Assembly (NCBI GenBank): GCA_944322965.1 | Contig: CALUQR010000004.1 | Coordinates: 33,141 to 97,140 of the forward strand | Source: Vulcanimicrobiota bacterium | Lineage (GTDB): Bacteria > Vulcanimicrobiota > Xenobia > Xenobiales > Xenobiaceae | Direction of reading: 5' to 3' | Length of the DNA: 64,000 bases | Part shown: one piece after another, positions 39,760-50,032 of the stretch | How positions within the stretch are numbered: position 1 is the first letter of the stretch | Layout of the letters: each line of letters opens with the position of its first letter | The notes under the pieces: model-generated | Told to the model about the DNA's origin: nothing | The model's database searches: none | The model's input: the letters and a program-made list of their open reading frames with translations, nothing else | Position numbers and translations under genes: made by a program

Positions 39760-41899
39760 CTGTTCTCCTCTGATCCCTCCCCTTGGGCCGCCCTCGGCGG
39801 GGCGTCTCCCCCATCTGCTCGGCCAGTTCCAAGGCGGCCGCTACCGGCATCCCCTCCAAGACGCTCTGGAGTTGGCGCTTGAGCGAATACATCTGGTCGC
39901 GCAAGGCGGCCGCCGTCTCAAATTCCATATCTTGGGCGGCCTGCAACATGGCCCCCTCTACTTGGCTAATGAGTTGGCGCAACTCCTCTATTCCCAGCTG
40001 GGCTCGCTGCTCGGAGTCTAAGATAGGGGCCAAACTGGAGGAAGCTTCCCGCTTAGAGCTACCCTCCTCCCCGCGCGGGGCGGGCGCCCCCACCATCCCC
40101 AAAATATCTTTAATAGCCTTATGGACCGTCTGGGGCTCGATATGGTGCTCACGGTTATAGGCCAACTGGATGGACCGCCGCCGGGCGGTCTCTTCGATAG
40201 CCCGCTCCATCGACTGGGTCACTTGGTCGGCATAGAGGATCACCCTCCCGCTCACGTTGCGAGCCGCGCGCCCTATAGTCTGGATGAGACTAGTCGTAGA
40301 GCGCAAGAAGCCTTCTTTATCGGCGTCGAGAATGGCCACCAGAGAGACTTCGGGCAAGTCTAAACCCTCGCGCAAGAGGTTGATACCTACCAAGACGTCA
40401 AAATGGCCCAGACGCAAGTCGCGCAAGATCTCGATGCGCTCTAAAGTATCGATCTCAGAGTGCAAGTAACGGACCCTGATATTGAGGCCGGTCAGATACT
40501 CCGTCAGCTCCTCGGCCATCTTCTTAGTGAGAGTAGTCACCAATACCCGCTCCTGGCGGGCGCTGCGTTCGCGGATCTCGCCTACCAGATCTTCGATCTG
40601 GCCCGCTATGGGACGGACCACGACCTCGGGATCGACTAAACCGGTGGGCCTAATAATCTGCTCGACGATGAGGGTCGAATGTTCCAACTCAAAGGGGCCG
40701 GGGGTAGCGCTCATAAAGACCACCTGGCCCACCTTCTGCCAGAACTCATCTAAGGAGAGGGGGCGATTGTCGTAGGCGGAGGGTAGGCGGAAACCGTATT
40801 TGACTAAGGTATCTTTGCGGGCCCTATCTCCAGCCAACATCCCCTTAAGCTGGGGCACGGCTACGTGGGACTCGTCGATAAAGACCACAAAGTCGCGCGG
40901 GAAATAGTCTAAGAGGGTGTAGGGGGGCTCCCCCGCCTGGCGGCCCGTCAGATGGCGCGAGTAATTCTCAATCCCGTTGCAGTAGCCTAGCTCCTCTAAA
41001 ACCTCTAAGTCGTAAAGGGTGCGCTGCTCTAAACGCTGGGCCTCTAAGAGCTTGCCCTCGGAGCGCAACTCGACTAGACGCTCTTCCAACTCTTGGCGGA
41101 TAGAATTTAGGGCCTGTGCCATCTTGTCGCCCGGCAAGACGTAAGCTTTAGCGGGACAGATGACGATCCGCTCGGGGGTAGCTACCACCTCTAAGGTGAG
41201 GGGATCTAAAGCGCTCATGCGCTCGACCTCTTCCCCAAAGAATTCGATGCGGTAGACGCGCTCTTCATCGACGGGATGGATCTCTAAGACCTCTCCCTTA
41301 AAGCGGAAGGTCCCGTAATCGAGAATATCGGTACGCTGATAGTACATCTCGATCAAGCGGCGCAAGAGCCACTCGCGATCGAACTCTTCGCCGGGGCGGA
41401 AGACTAAGAGCATAAACTTATAATCTTCGGGATTCCCTAAACCGTAGATACAGGAGACGGAAGCCACGCAGAGCGTATCGCGGCGCTGCATCGCGGCCTG
41501 AATGGCCGAATGGCGCAGGCGGTCGATCTCGGCGTTGAGGGCGGAATCCTTTTCGATGTAACTATCCGTCTGGGGGATATAAGCTTCAGGCTGGTAGTAA
41601 TCGAAGTAGGAGACGAAATACTCGACCGCATTCTCCGGAAAGAACTCGCGAAACTCAGCCGCCAACTGGGCCGCCAAGGTCTTATTGGGACTAATCACCA
41701 AAGCGGGGCGATTGAGGCGGGCGATAACCGAAGCTATAGTAAAGGTCTTGCCCGTACCGGTAGCCCCCAAGAGGGTAGTAAAGCGGCGGCCGCTCTCTAT
41801 ACTGCGCGTTAAACTCTCAATCGCTTGGGGCTGATCGCCCCGCGCGGGGAAGGGCGAGCGCAACTGGAAGGGTATAGCGTTCTGCTCCATAGCCTCCAA
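39716..41899 (-). CDS. uvrB: Excinuclease ABC subunit B
   Basis: [32 protein letters not shown]-terminal UVR domain. Confidence 0.98.
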   Translation of the reverse strand: MEAMEQNAIPFQLRSPFPARGDQPQAIESLTRSIESGRRFTTLLGATGTGKTFTIASVIARLNRPALVISPNKTLAAQLAAEFREFFPENAVEYFVSYFDYYQPEAYIPQTDSYIEKDSALNAEIDRLRHSAIQAAMQRRDTLCVASVSCIYGLGNPEDYKFMLLVFRPGEEFDREWLLRRLIEMYYQRTDILDYGTFRFKGEVLEIHPVDEERVYRIEFFGEEVERMSALDPLTLEVVATPERIVICPAKAYVLPGDKMAQALNSIRQELEERLVELRSEGKLLEAQRLEQRTLYDLEVLEELGYCNGIENYSRHLTGRQAGEPPYTLLDYFPRDFVVFIDESHVAVPQLKGMLAGDRARKDTLVKYGFRLPSAYDNRPLSLDEFWQKVGQVVFMSATPGPFELEHSTLIVEQIIRPTGLVDPEVVVRPIAGQIEDLVGEIRERSARQERVLVTTLTKKMAEELTEYLTGLNIRVRYLHSEIDTLERIEILRDLRLGHFDVLVGINLLREGLDLPEVSLVAILDADKEGFLRSTTSLIQTIGRAARNVSGRVILYADQVTQSMERAIEETARRRSIQLAYNREHHIEPQTVHKAIKDILGMVGAPAPRGEEGSSKREASSSLAPILDSEQRAQLGIEELRQLISQVEGAMLQAAQDMEFETAAALRDQMYSLKRQLQSVLEGMPVAAALELAEQMGETPRRGRPKGRDQRRTDGLRRDNHQRGARK

Positions 41900-41990
41900 T
41901 TTTAGCGACCTCCACCCGCCAAGGCAATAAAAAATGACCCTTCAAGCTCTGAAGGGCCATAGGCTCCTAGCTTAGAGGCGCTCCTCCTAA

Positions 41991-42731
41991 CTAGCCGTGG
42001 GAGATAATATAACCGTTCTGGTAGACGGAATCGACCTCCGCCTGGCCGTCGGCATCGTCGCCATGACCGGTATGGAGCACATCCTGACCCCAACCGCCGC
42101 GCAAAAGATCGGGCGCCTTATCGTCCGCCGGAGCGCGCAGACCGCCATAGATCATATCGTCGCCGCCGCCGCCATAGAGCTGGTCGGCCCCTAAACCGCC
42201 GATGAGCGTATCGGAACCGCCAATCTCGCGCAAGATCTGACGGGGCCGGAAGTCGCCAAAGATGAGATCGCGGCCGCCATTGCCGGCCACGAAGTCGTTG
42301 CCCATGCCGCCCACTAAGATGTCGTCGCCCGCGCCGCCGCGGATATTATCGTTACCCGTCCCGGCCGCCACGTGTAAAGGCAAGTCCACCTTGCCCTTAG
42401 TGGAAACCTTGTCGTCGCCCGCGCCGGTGGCGATGATGAGACCCTTAGCCTCCTCGGAAGAGAAGACGTGGCGCTGGCCGTTCATATCGACTACCAGATT
42501 GTCGCCCTCTTGGCTAACGGCCACCTGGTCGCCGCCGGGAGTACCTACCAAAACGGTGAGATCTTTCTCTTTGCAAGCCCCTCTGTCTATCAGACTGTCC
42601 GCCACATCGTGGACGCCGACTCCGAAGACGTCCAAGCCCTTCAGCGCCGCCTGCCCCTGCTCAACGGTCATATCACAGACCGGCAGCTCCACAGGCGCGC
42701 TAAACATACTGGGAAGGGAAGAAATATTCAT
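41991..42731 (-). CDS. RTX/hemolysin-type calcium-binding repeat protein
   Basis: Multiple GGxGxDxL/I nonapeptides; no Sec signal. Confidence 0.8.
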   Translation of the reverse strand: MNISSLPSMFSAPVELPVCDMTVEQGQAALKGLDVFGVGVHDVADSLIDRGACKEKDLTVLVGTPGGDQVAVSQEGDNLVVDMNGQRHVFSSEEAKGLIIATGAGDDKVSTKGKVDLPLHVAAGTGNDNIRGGAGDDILVGGMGNDFVAGNGGRDLIFGDFRPRQILREIGGSDTLIGGLGADQLYGGGGDDMIYGGLRAPADDKAPDLLRGGWGQDVLHTGHGDDADGQAEVDSVYQNGYIISHG

Positions 42732-42845
42732 AAAATTAATAAGCCTCCTGGCCCCTCGCCCCTAAGTTATAAATCCTTAATCTGTTCCCTATACTAAGCC
42801 AAAAATACTCCCCACATATTGCCTTTTTTTTAAATTTCAGACTTA

Positions 42846-43234
42846 ATCTAATTCGGAATGCGTAATTCGGAATTAAAGGGCGCTTGTTAATGGCTTGGCG
42901 GATCCGAAAATAGCTAGTCTTCTGGAAGAATCGCTGGCAGTTTCACTGCCTTCTTGGGACTTTGGTTTTGCGCTTTGATTCGGACGTCCAGATCTTTATT
43001 TGTGTCCTGTTCTCTGATAAAGGTCTTTAGAGTGCTTGTCCAATTGGACCGCGGCGCGCCCCGCGCCGCACATCTCTTACGATTTTCTCCCAAGCCAAGT
43101 GCCTATCGGAATCAGCAAGCCATTAAGTCCCCGCCACCTCGCCTCTAAGTCACCGCCAAAGCTAACGTTAAAGCCATAACCTCACCCCCAGCCGCGCACC
43201 CCCAATTACGAATTACGAATTCCTAATTCCGAAT
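42846..43234. repeat. Modular element copy E4 (minimal, single-module form)
   Basis: Forward heptamers, A (42882), GCAGTTTCACTGC, central module, C (43080), D, reverse heptamers. Confidence 0.85.
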
Positions 43235-43294
43235 TTTTCTCTTTGCAACACTCTTTGCCGCCTAAAGCGGCAAAGAGTGTTGCAAAGAGAAAAA
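43234..43294. repeat. Perfect 28-bp inverted repeat (5-nt loop)
   Basis: TTTTTCTCTTTGCAACACTCTTTGCCGC-CTAAA-GCGGCAAAGAGTGTTGCAAAGAGAAAAA. Confidence 0.9.
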
Positions 43295-43308
43295 ACTTAT
43301 GCTACAAT
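43280..43308 (+). promoter_or_regulatory. sigma70 promoter of the tRNA operon
   Basis: TTGCAA, 17 bp, TACAAT with extended TG and a GC-rich discriminator, 13 bp before the first tRNA. Confidence 0.8.
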
Positions 43309-43321
43309 GCTCCGGCCAGAG

Positions 43322-43397
43322 GGGCCCATAGCTCAGCGGTTAGAGCAGTTGGCTCATAACTAATTGGTCCCTGGTTCGAACCCAGGTGGGCCCACCA
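43322..43397 (+). tRNA. tRNA with CAT anticodon, most like tRNA-Ile2 (lysidine); elongator Met not excluded
   Basis: Cloverleaf GGGCCCA/TGGGCCC, anticodon loop CTCATAA, TTCGAAC, encoded CCA; lacks initiator features. Confidence 0.9.
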
Positions 43398-43426
43398 CAA
43401 TTGTCTGGCGTAGAAAAAGTAGATGT

Positions 43427-43503
43427 GGCCCGGTGGTCTAGCGGTTTAGGACGCTGGCCTTTCAAGCCGGAGATCGCGGGTTCGATTCCCGTCCGGGCTA
43501 CCA
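43427..43503 (+). tRNA. tRNA-Glu (TTC)
   Basis: Cloverleaf, loop CTTTCAA, TTCGATT, encoded CCA. Confidence 0.95.
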
Positions 43504-43568
43504 ATATACTTAGAGGGGAAGTTCTCTTGTGTTTAGAATTCCTGGTGCAAGCGGACTCCTTCTTTTTT

Positions 43569-43645
43569 GGACGAGTAGCTCAGTTGGTTAGAGCACCTGC
43601 CTTACAAGCAGGGGGTCGGCGGTTCGAGTCCGTTCTCGTCCACCA
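43569..43645 (+). tRNA. tRNA-Val (TAC)
   Basis: GGACGAG/CTCGTCC acceptor stem, loop CTTACAA, encoded CCA. Confidence 0.95.
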
Positions 43646-43648
43646 CTA

Positions 43649-43688
43649 AAGTTCGGTCGCTTCAGTTAGGGGCCGGGCTTTTTTATTA
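43649..43688 (+). terminator. Probable terminator after the tRNA operon
   Basis: Imperfect GC/GU hairpin followed by TTTTTTATT. Confidence 0.55.
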
Positions 43689-43710
43689 GTCTCGGTTGGA
43701 GGTCTTTAGC

Positions 43711-44502
43711 GTGTCCAATTCTCACTTACCCCAAGCGGAGATTGGGGTCTTTGGCGGTTCCGGTTTCTATTCGCTGCAGGACGGTTGTCAGAGCGTGGCT
43801 ATCGATACCCCTTACGGCGCCCCTAGCGATCGTCTCTCTTTGGTAGAGATCGCGGGCAAGCGGGTGGCCTTCTTACCGCGTCACGGAGCGGACCACCATT
43901 TAGCGCCCTCCCAGATCCCTTATAGAGCCAACATTTGGGCCATGCAGGCCTTGGGGGTCAAGACGATTATCGGCCCTTGTGCGGCAGGTAGCCTGCAATT
44001 AGAGGTCAAGCCGGGCAGTTTTGTGATCTGCGACCAGTATGTCGATCGCACTTGGGGGCGAGCGGATACTTTCTTTGAGGGTCCCAACGTAGTCCATCTG
44101 GCCGGAGCCGAGCCTTACTGTCCTACTCTGCGTTCTTTGGCGGTCTCTTGCGCTAAGGAGTTGGGGATTGAGGTCCACGAGCGGGGCACGATGGTCGTCA
44201 TCCAGGGCCCGCGCTTTTCGACTAAGGCGGAGAGCGACTGGTTCAAGAGTATGGGTTGGACGGTAGTCAATATGACCGGCTATCCCGAGGCCTATTTAGC
44301 TCGCGAGAAGGGCATCTGTTACGTCAATATCTCGCTTATTACCGATTACGACGCGGGTATAGCCGGGGTGGCGGAGGCGGTCTCCAGCGCGGAAGTCTTC
44401 CAGGTCTTTAAAGCTAATAACCATAAGGTCCGCGATCTCATCTACAAGATGATCGCCCACATAGAGCCCGGGGCCCCCTGTTACTGTCGGGAGCCCCATT
44501 AG
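43711..44502 (+). CDS. mtnP: S-methyl-5'-thioadenosine phosphorylase
   Basis: IGVFGGSG, FLPRHG, GPRFSTKAES, NMTGYPEA, TDYD; GTG start after GGAGG. Confidence 0.9.
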   Translation: MSNSHLPQAEIGVFGGSGFYSLQDGCQSVAIDTPYGAPSDRLSLVEIAGKRVAFLPRHGADHHLAPSQIPYRANIWAMQALGVKTIIGPCAAGSLQLEVKPGSFVICDQYVDRTWGRADTFFEGPNVVHLAGAEPYCPTLRSLAVSCAKELGIEVHERGTMVVIQGPRFSTKAESDWFKSMGWTVVNMTGYPEAYLAREKGICYVNISLITDYDAGIAGVAEAVSSAEVFQVFKANNHKVRDLIYKMIAHIEPGAPCYCREPH

Positions 44503-44529
44503 GCGGTAGTCCTCAAGTTAAAGACTCTC

Positions 44530-45702
44530 TCACTCCACTTTGAAGGTCGAGGTGGGGTGGGAGGGGATAGAGTTCTTGAGATTCTGGACGATACGCATGG
44601 CGATGAGCAGGGCCTGTTCGCGGGTGGCGTTGGCCCAGCCCCATTTCTCCTCTTGGGGGGTGAGGTTGCGGGGAGCGAAGCGGTTGCCCTCTAAGCCGCG
44701 CAGGATCTTACAAGCTACCATAAAGTGGACGCTCTGGCGGGCCCAGGGCGAGATAGCCTCCTCATCGGCGAAGGGCTGGGGTTGGGGGAACTCCAGAGTA
44801 TAGTAGGAGTCGGTAGCTAAGCTCCAATCGAGAAGGGCAACTTTTTTGAAGACTCGGGTGAGCATAGTAGCCGCCTGTTCGCGGTTGAGGATCGCTTGGG
44901 GGGAGTAGGTAGTGGGGGAGGTCCCTTCAACGGCCCCCAGATGGTAGGCTTTGAGGACGTCGGGGTCCTGGCAATCGCGGAAGGGATTATCGACCGGCTC
45001 GATAGCTTGGCGCCCGGAGAGGGCTTCGTAGAGGCGCACGCAGATAGCGGCAAATTCGGCCCGGTTGATAGCTTTAGTGAGGTCGGCTCCCTGCAGGACG
45101 GGGGGAATGAGATTATTCTTCTCCGCTTCGAAAAGGTCCCCTTGGGCCCAGTCGGAGGCCTTCTGCCAACTAAATTGGGAGCGCGGAATAGAGAATTTAA
45201 AGGGCTGGTCGGGCATACTCTTATGGTGTAAGGTCCCGGCGGGGATGTCGAAGTCGACGGCGTAATCGCCCCCCTCGGCGAAGGCGTAGGGGTCGTCCCC
45301 TTTATAGAAGCCCAGGACGAGACTAGCGTAGTGGGGTCCGGGTCCCGCCTCTCCCACCTCCCCTTGGCGGGGCTGGGCGGCCTCTAAGATGCGACATTCT
45401 ACCCCAGCTACGGGCCGATAGGTCCCTTGGAGGTCGGCTTTGAGGAGCCGCGTCCCTTGGGGCGCTTGGGGATCGGGCAGCGTGAAAAAATCGCCTTCGT
45501 TGAGGTAGGTGACGGTCAGGGTCTGGCTGGCTCCATCCCAAGTGACTTGGACCCCATTATTAGAGGTTTGAGCTTCGTCGACGCTGAGTTCATAATTCCC
45601 GATCTGGTAGCTCGTTTGGGCCGGCAGGGGGGACAAGCCTAAGCTGAGGAAGAGCCCTAAAGAGATCCCCCAGAGCGCCCCGCGGCGGAATGTGATGCGC
45701 AT
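44530..45702 (-). CDS. Exported protein with C-terminal SLH domains
   Basis: Signal peptide; INRAEFA, LNREQAA, FADEEAISPWA and ATREQA SLH-type motifs. Confidence 0.8.
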   Translation of the reverse strand: MRITFRRGALWGISLGLFLSLGLSPLPAQTSYQIGNYELSVDEAQTSNNGVQVTWDGASQTLTVTYLNEGDFFTLPDPQAPQGTRLLKADLQGTYRPVAGVECRILEAAQPRQGEVGEAGPGPHYASLVLGFYKGDDPYAFAEGGDYAVDFDIPAGTLHHKSMPDQPFKFSIPRSQFSWQKASDWAQGDLFEAEKNNLIPPVLQGADLTKAINRAEFAAICVRLYEALSGRQAIEPVDNPFRDCQDPDVLKAYHLGAVEGTSPTTYSPQAILNREQAATMLTRVFKKVALLDWSLATDSYYTLEFPQPQPFADEEAISPWARQSVHFMVACKILRGLEGNRFAPRNLTPQEEKWGWANATREQALLIAMRIVQNLKNSIPSHPTSTFKVE

Positions 45703-45807
45703 AAATACCTCCCGAAAAGAGCGGAAGAGGCGATCGGAGCTCTTTAATAAGGGCTCTAATCACCTCCTCTTAGCTATAAGTGTAGAGTTAGAGGGTCGTT
45801 AGGCCTT

Positions 45808-47529
45808 TTAGGCGCGTCCCTTCCCGGCCTGGACGATCTTGGCCCACGTATCTTTGAGGGTGACGACGCGGTTAAAGACTAAATGCTGGGCATCGGTATC
45901 GGGATCGGTATAGAAGTAACCGCTCCGTTCGAACTGGAACCAGCGCTGGGCGGGGGTCCCGGCCATACTCTTCTCTACTCGCGCCTCCTTTAAGATCTCT
46001 AAGGAGTTGGGGTTGAGCTCGTCGAGGAAGTTGACATCCTCGCGGGTAGCGGGATGATCGACGGCAAAGAGGCGATCGTAGAGGCGCACTTCGCAGGGCA
46101 GGGAGTGGGTGGCGGAGACCCAGTGTAAGGTCCCTTTGATCTTGCGTCCGTCGGGAGCGTTGCCGCCCTTAGTCTCGGGATCGTAGGTACAGTGGACTTC
46201 GATAACTCGCCCCGTCTCATCTTTAACTACTGATTGGCACTTAATAATATAGGCCCGACGCAATCTCACTTCGCGGCCAGGGGCTAAGCGGAAGAACTTG
46301 GGCGGCGGATCCTCCATAAAGTCCTCTTGCTCAATATAGATCTCCCGGGTGAAGGGCAGGAGTCGGGAGCCCATCTTGGGCGGATCGTCGGGGAAGTAGG
46401 GGGCCTCGAACTCTTCGACTTGATCTTGGGGGTAGTTATCGATGACCACTTTAAGGGGCCTCAAGACGGCCATAACCCGGGGTACTTTGGGATTCAAGTC
46501 GTCGCGGACGGCCTGCTCGAAGAGGGAGTAACTGATCCAGTTCTCCGCTTTACTGATGCCGATGCGCTCGCAGAAGAGGCGAATCGATTCGGGGGTATAG
46601 CCCCGACGCCTCATTCCGGCTAAGGTGGGCATACGCGGATCGTCCCAACCATTGACGCGCCCCTCTTTGACTAATTGCAAGAGCTTGCGCTTACTGACGA
46701 TGACCGACTCTAAGTTGAGGCGCGAGAATTCGATCTGACGAGGCCTACACTCTACGCCCACCTCCTCTAAGACCCAGTCGTAGAGAGGTCGGTTATTCTC
46801 AAACTCTAAGGTACAGAGCGAGTGGGTGATCCCTTCAATGGAGTCAGAGAGGCAGTGGGTAAAATCGTACATGGGGTAGATACACCACTTATCACCCGTG
46901 TGGGGGTGCGTCTGGTGGCGGATGCGGTAGAGGGTGGGGTCGCGCATCACGATATTGGGGTGGGCCATGTCGATCTTGGCCCGTAAGACTTTAGCCCCGT
47001 CGGGGAATTCGCCCGCCCGCATACGGCGGAAGAGGTCTAAATTCTCCTCTATGGAGCGCTCGCGATAGGGGCTATTGACTCCGGGCTCGGTGAGGGTCCC
47101 GCGCCCTGCGCGGATCTCTTCGGGGGTCGAATCGTCGACGTAAGCTTTACCCTTTTGGATGAGCCGCTCGGCGAACTCGTAGAGCTGGTCAAAGTAATCG
47201 GAGGCGCAGTAGACCTTCTCGCCCCAATCGAAGCCCAACCAGCGGACATCCTTCTTGATAGCTTCGATATATTCGGGTTCCTCTTTGCCGGGGTTAGTAT
47301 CGTCCATGCGCAGGTGGCAAGTCCCGTGATAATCTTCCGCTAAGCCGAAATCTAAGCAGATGGCCTTAGCATGGCCCACGTGCAAGTAACCATTAGGCTC
47401 GGGTGGGAAACGGGTGACGATCGTCTTATGTTTACCGCTCTGTAAATCTTCTTCGATGATATTGCGAATAAAGTTAGTGGCGTGCGGGGAGGTACTCTCC
47501 GCGGGGCTGGGATTAGTCTGACTACTCAT
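45808..47529 (-). CDS. glnS: Glutamine--tRNA ligase
   Basis: [41 protein letters not shown]. Confidence 0.95.
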   Translation of the reverse strand: MSSQTNPSPAESTSPHATNFIRNIIEEDLQSGKHKTIVTRFPPEPNGYLHVGHAKAICLDFGLAEDYHGTCHLRMDDTNPGKEEPEYIEAIKKDVRWLGFDWGEKVYCASDYFDQLYEFAERLIQKGKAYVDDSTPEEIRAGRGTLTEPGVNSPYRERSIEENLDLFRRMRAGEFPDGAKVLRAKIDMAHPNIVMRDPTLYRIRHQTHPHTGDKWCIYPMYDFTHCLSDSIEGITHSLCTLEFENNRPLYDWVLEEVGVECRPRQIEFSRLNLESVIVSKRKLLQLVKEGRVNGWDDPRMPTLAGMRRRGYTPESIRLFCERIGISKAENWISYSLFEQAVRDDLNPKVPRVMAVLRPLKVVIDNYPQDQVEEFEAPYFPDDPPKMGSRLLPFTREIYIEQEDFMEDPPPKFFRLAPGREVRLRRAYIIKCQSVVKDETGRVIEVHCTYDPETKGGNAPDGRKIKGTLHWVSATHSLPCEVRLYDRLFAVDHPATREDVNFLDELNPNSLEILKEARVEKSMAGTPAQRWFQFERSGYFYTDPDTDAQHLVFNRVVTLKDTWAKIVQAGKGRA

Positions 47530-47780
47530 ATTTCTTCCTTCTATTGACGGATCTCAGAAATCGCGCCTCCTAGAATTTGGACTAGTCGCCCTTGAGGGAG
47601 CTAGACCGCCTGGAGCCTTTAACAGAGCGAGCCCAGGCCCTGCCATAGCGAGCGCCAACTTAGTTTAGGAGTAGACGCCAACCCTATATTTGTCATACTA
47701 ATATTTGGACAGTTAAATAAAAAAAGTCTAATATTGCAACTTTCATGAAATGTAATTGACTTTAATTTTTAAGAAACTAG

Positions 47781-47789
47781 TGGTATACT
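47781..47789 (+). promoter_or_regulatory. Putative extended -10 promoter in an AT-rich region
   Basis: TGGTATACT about 40 bp before ATG 47830; no well-spaced -35. Confidence 0.45.
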
Positions 47790-47829
47790 GGAGCTCGCCA
47801 AGGAGTCCTCACTAAGGAGAGTAGAGTTT

Positions 47830-48183
47830 ATGAGTCGCTACAAGGATATGACCACTTGTCCTATCTGTCAGGAGCGCGTTTCCAAAAATGCTCCCATCTG
47901 TCCCCACTGTGGCGAACCTAACCCTGGGGCGGCGGGTTTAAATGACTTCGCTCGCCGCCAAGCGGCTCGCGAGGAGGAGCAGGTCGCCCAACTGGAGGCT
48001 CTGGCGGCCAGTAAAGCCCAGGATTGCAAGTGCTACTATTGCCATAAGAGCATCGTCCCCGACTTTAAGGTCTGTCCCTACTGTGGCAACAAAGTAATTA
48101 AAGGGCCCAGCGATGTCGCCAACTGCTTAGGCGCCGGCTGCGTCATCGTTTTTCTCTTCTTCATTATCGGATCTTGCGCTTAA
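47830..48183 (+). CDS. Double zinc-ribbon protein with C-terminal TM
   Basis: CPIC..CPHC and CYYC..CPYC; AAGGAG RBS. Confidence 0.8.
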   Translation: MSRYKDMTTCPICQERVSKNAPICPHCGEPNPGAAGLNDFARRQAAREEEQVAQLEALAASKAQDCKCYYCHKSIVPDFKVCPYCGNKVIKGPSDVANCLGAGCVIVFLFFIIGSCA

Positions 48184-48200
48184 GGATAGGTTTATAAATT

Positions 48201-49610
48201 ATGGATCCTTCCCCTACTTCTACTCTCTTAACTTCCTGTCCAGTCTGTGGAGGCAAGGTCTCTCGCAACGCCAAGGCTTGTCCCCACTGTGGCGAACCTA
48301 TGCGCCAAGCGGCTAGGGAAGTTCCCCATATCCCCTCTTCCACCCGCCCCAGGGCTGCGACTTCGGGGAGCTCATCCATCTGGTCTAGCTACGCTAGCTC
48401 CTGGACCTGGAGCGATATTCCGCTTATCTTTAGCGGCGGCCAAAAGTCTAAGCGCTGTCCTCACTGCCATCAGGAGACGCAGGAGGTAGGTAACCTCTGC
48501 CCCCATTGCGGCCGCAGTTTCGAGTCGCCTAACTGCTGCTGTTCGGGCTGTCTCGTCTTCTTTTTATTCTTTGTAGCCCTCGTCATCCTCACTCCTAATA
48601 AGGAGCGGCTCGACTCTACTACTAGCGAGCCTAGCTCTACGAGCTCCGCCGTGACGCTAACCCAAGAGGTAGAAGAAGAAGAAGAGCCGGACCAGCGCAG
48701 CCCGGAGGAGATAGCCTACGATCAGTTTTATCAGCACATCTATAGTCGCCAGCAGGCCTGCCAAAAGGAATTGTTGGAACTGGGCTTAGGAGTCACTGGA
48801 GCTACGGTTCTCGATGATCAGGCCTTGATCAGCGTTACTTGTACCCCTTACATGTTCAGCCGAGATTTCACCGACCCCCTGCAAGGGATCAGTTCCAACC
48901 AAGCGGAGCTTATAAGAGAACTCCATACCTCCAAGATCCTCTCGGAGTACAAGGATGTAGCGCGCTACTTTGTCTTCTATTACTCCTCACCCGCCATCGA
49001 AAATAATACCCCTCTTCTCTGGATAGGTTATAAGCGTGAGAATTTAAATAATTTCGTTTACGCAAAACATGAGAAGCCCTATTATGCCCTCAAACTAGCC
49101 AGTCAGATCCGCTTTTTCGATAACTTGAGCCCCATCTCTATCCAATACCAGCAATACAAATTGTTGCCAGATCACACCCCCCATGCCGACAGTTTAGCCG
49201 TGGTAGAGCGGATAGCTAACCAGACGCTTGAGGAGGGTTTGCGAGAACCTCAGCCCTGGTTGCGTCCTCAAGAAGAGCGCAATGTCAAGCTCTTGCGCGC
49301 TTATCTTAAAGAGATGTTATCCGATCGCCAGGTGACTCTCTTACTGACCGATACCCAAGCTTGCTGGCTCTATTCATGCGAGATCTACCTCACAGCCCCA
49401 ATGCAAGATCAAAACGAAGCTCGCGGCCAAGCGGTCAAATTATTTACAAGGTTGAGGCGCTATCCCCCTAAAGTAGAGGGTAATGTCGATTATCATATAA
49501 TCCTCACTAACCAGGCGGGGGTGGAGATGGGAACCGCGACCTACACCACCCTCTCAACCGACCACTATGCCTTCAGCACAGGGGATACGACTAATTTCTA
49601 TAATTTTTAG
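48201..49610 (+). CDS. Zinc-ribbon membrane protein with a large C-terminal domain
   Basis: CPVC..CPHC, CPHC..CPHC, TM helix, S/T/E-rich linker. Confidence 0.75.
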   Translation: MDPSPTSTLLTSCPVCGGKVSRNAKACPHCGEPMRQAAREVPHIPSSTRPRAATSGSSSIWSSYASSWTWSDIPLIFSGGQKSKRCPHCHQETQEVGNLCPHCGRSFESPNCCCSGCLVFFLFFVALVILTPNKERLDSTTSEPSSTSSAVTLTQEVEEEEEPDQRSPEEIAYDQFYQHIYSRQQACQKELLELGLGVTGATVLDDQALISVTCTPYMFSRDFTDPLQGISSNQAELIRELHTSKILSEYKDVARYFVFYYSSPAIENNTPLLWIGYKRENLNNFVYAKHEKPYYALKLASQIRFFDNLSPISIQYQQYKLLPDHTPHADSLAVVERIANQTLEEGLREPQPWLRPQEERNVKLLRAYLKEMLSDRQVTLLLTDTQACWLYSCEIYLTAPMQDQNEARGQAVKLFTRLRRYPPKVEGNVDYHIILTNQAGVEMGTATYTTLSTDHYAFSTGDTTNFYNF

Positions 49611-49663
49611 GTATTAACACCGGGGCCAGCGGCCTGGATCTGCCAAGAGAGGAAATTCTAGCG

Positions 49664-50032
49664 ATGAATATTTTACTCAATCTGATCTGGTTTATCTGTT
49701 GTGGCTTCTGGCAGGGGCTCTCCTGGGTAGTGATAGGGGCCCTTTGGTCTCTTAGCATTGTCGGCCTACCCGTAGGCTACCAGTGTTTTAAGCTGGCCCA
49801 TCTCACCTTCTTCCCCTTCGGCAAGGAGGTAGTCTACCGCGAGGATTCTAGCCTCTCGACGGTAGCTAACGTCTTATGGATCATCTTCGGCGGGCTGCCT
49901 ATCGCCCTAGTAGCTATAACTAACGGCTTAGTAATGTGTTGCACCATCATCGGCATCCCCTTCGGCCTACAATCCTTCAAAATAGCCCGCCTCTCCCTCA
50001 TGCCCTTCGGAGCCTCCATTCCGCATTGCTAG
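49664..50032 (+). CDS. yccF: YccF-domain inner membrane protein
   Basis: Duplicated 'N.IW...G / IVGLPVG.QCFKLA....PFG' repeat. Confidence 0.85.
   Translation: MNILLNLIWFICCGFWQGLSWVVIGALWSLSIVGLPVGYQCFKLAHLTFFPFGKEVVYREDSSLSTVANVLWIIFGGLPIALVAITNGLVMCCTIIGIPFGLQSFKIARLSLMPFGASIPHC

Noticed and set aside
41900-41990. LexA/SOS box upstream of uvrB
   Set aside because: No GAAC-N4-GTTC or CTGT-N8-ACAG seen.
43322-43645. tRNA-anchored integrative element
   Set aside because: No integrase and no duplicated tRNA 3' end found in the window.
43386-43649. 87-aa ORF
   Set aside because: It overlaps the tRNA genes.
47530-47700. T-box leader for glnS (or glyQS)
   Set aside because: No T-box consensus (GGTGGNACCGCG) seen; glyQS has only a 45-bp upstream gap.
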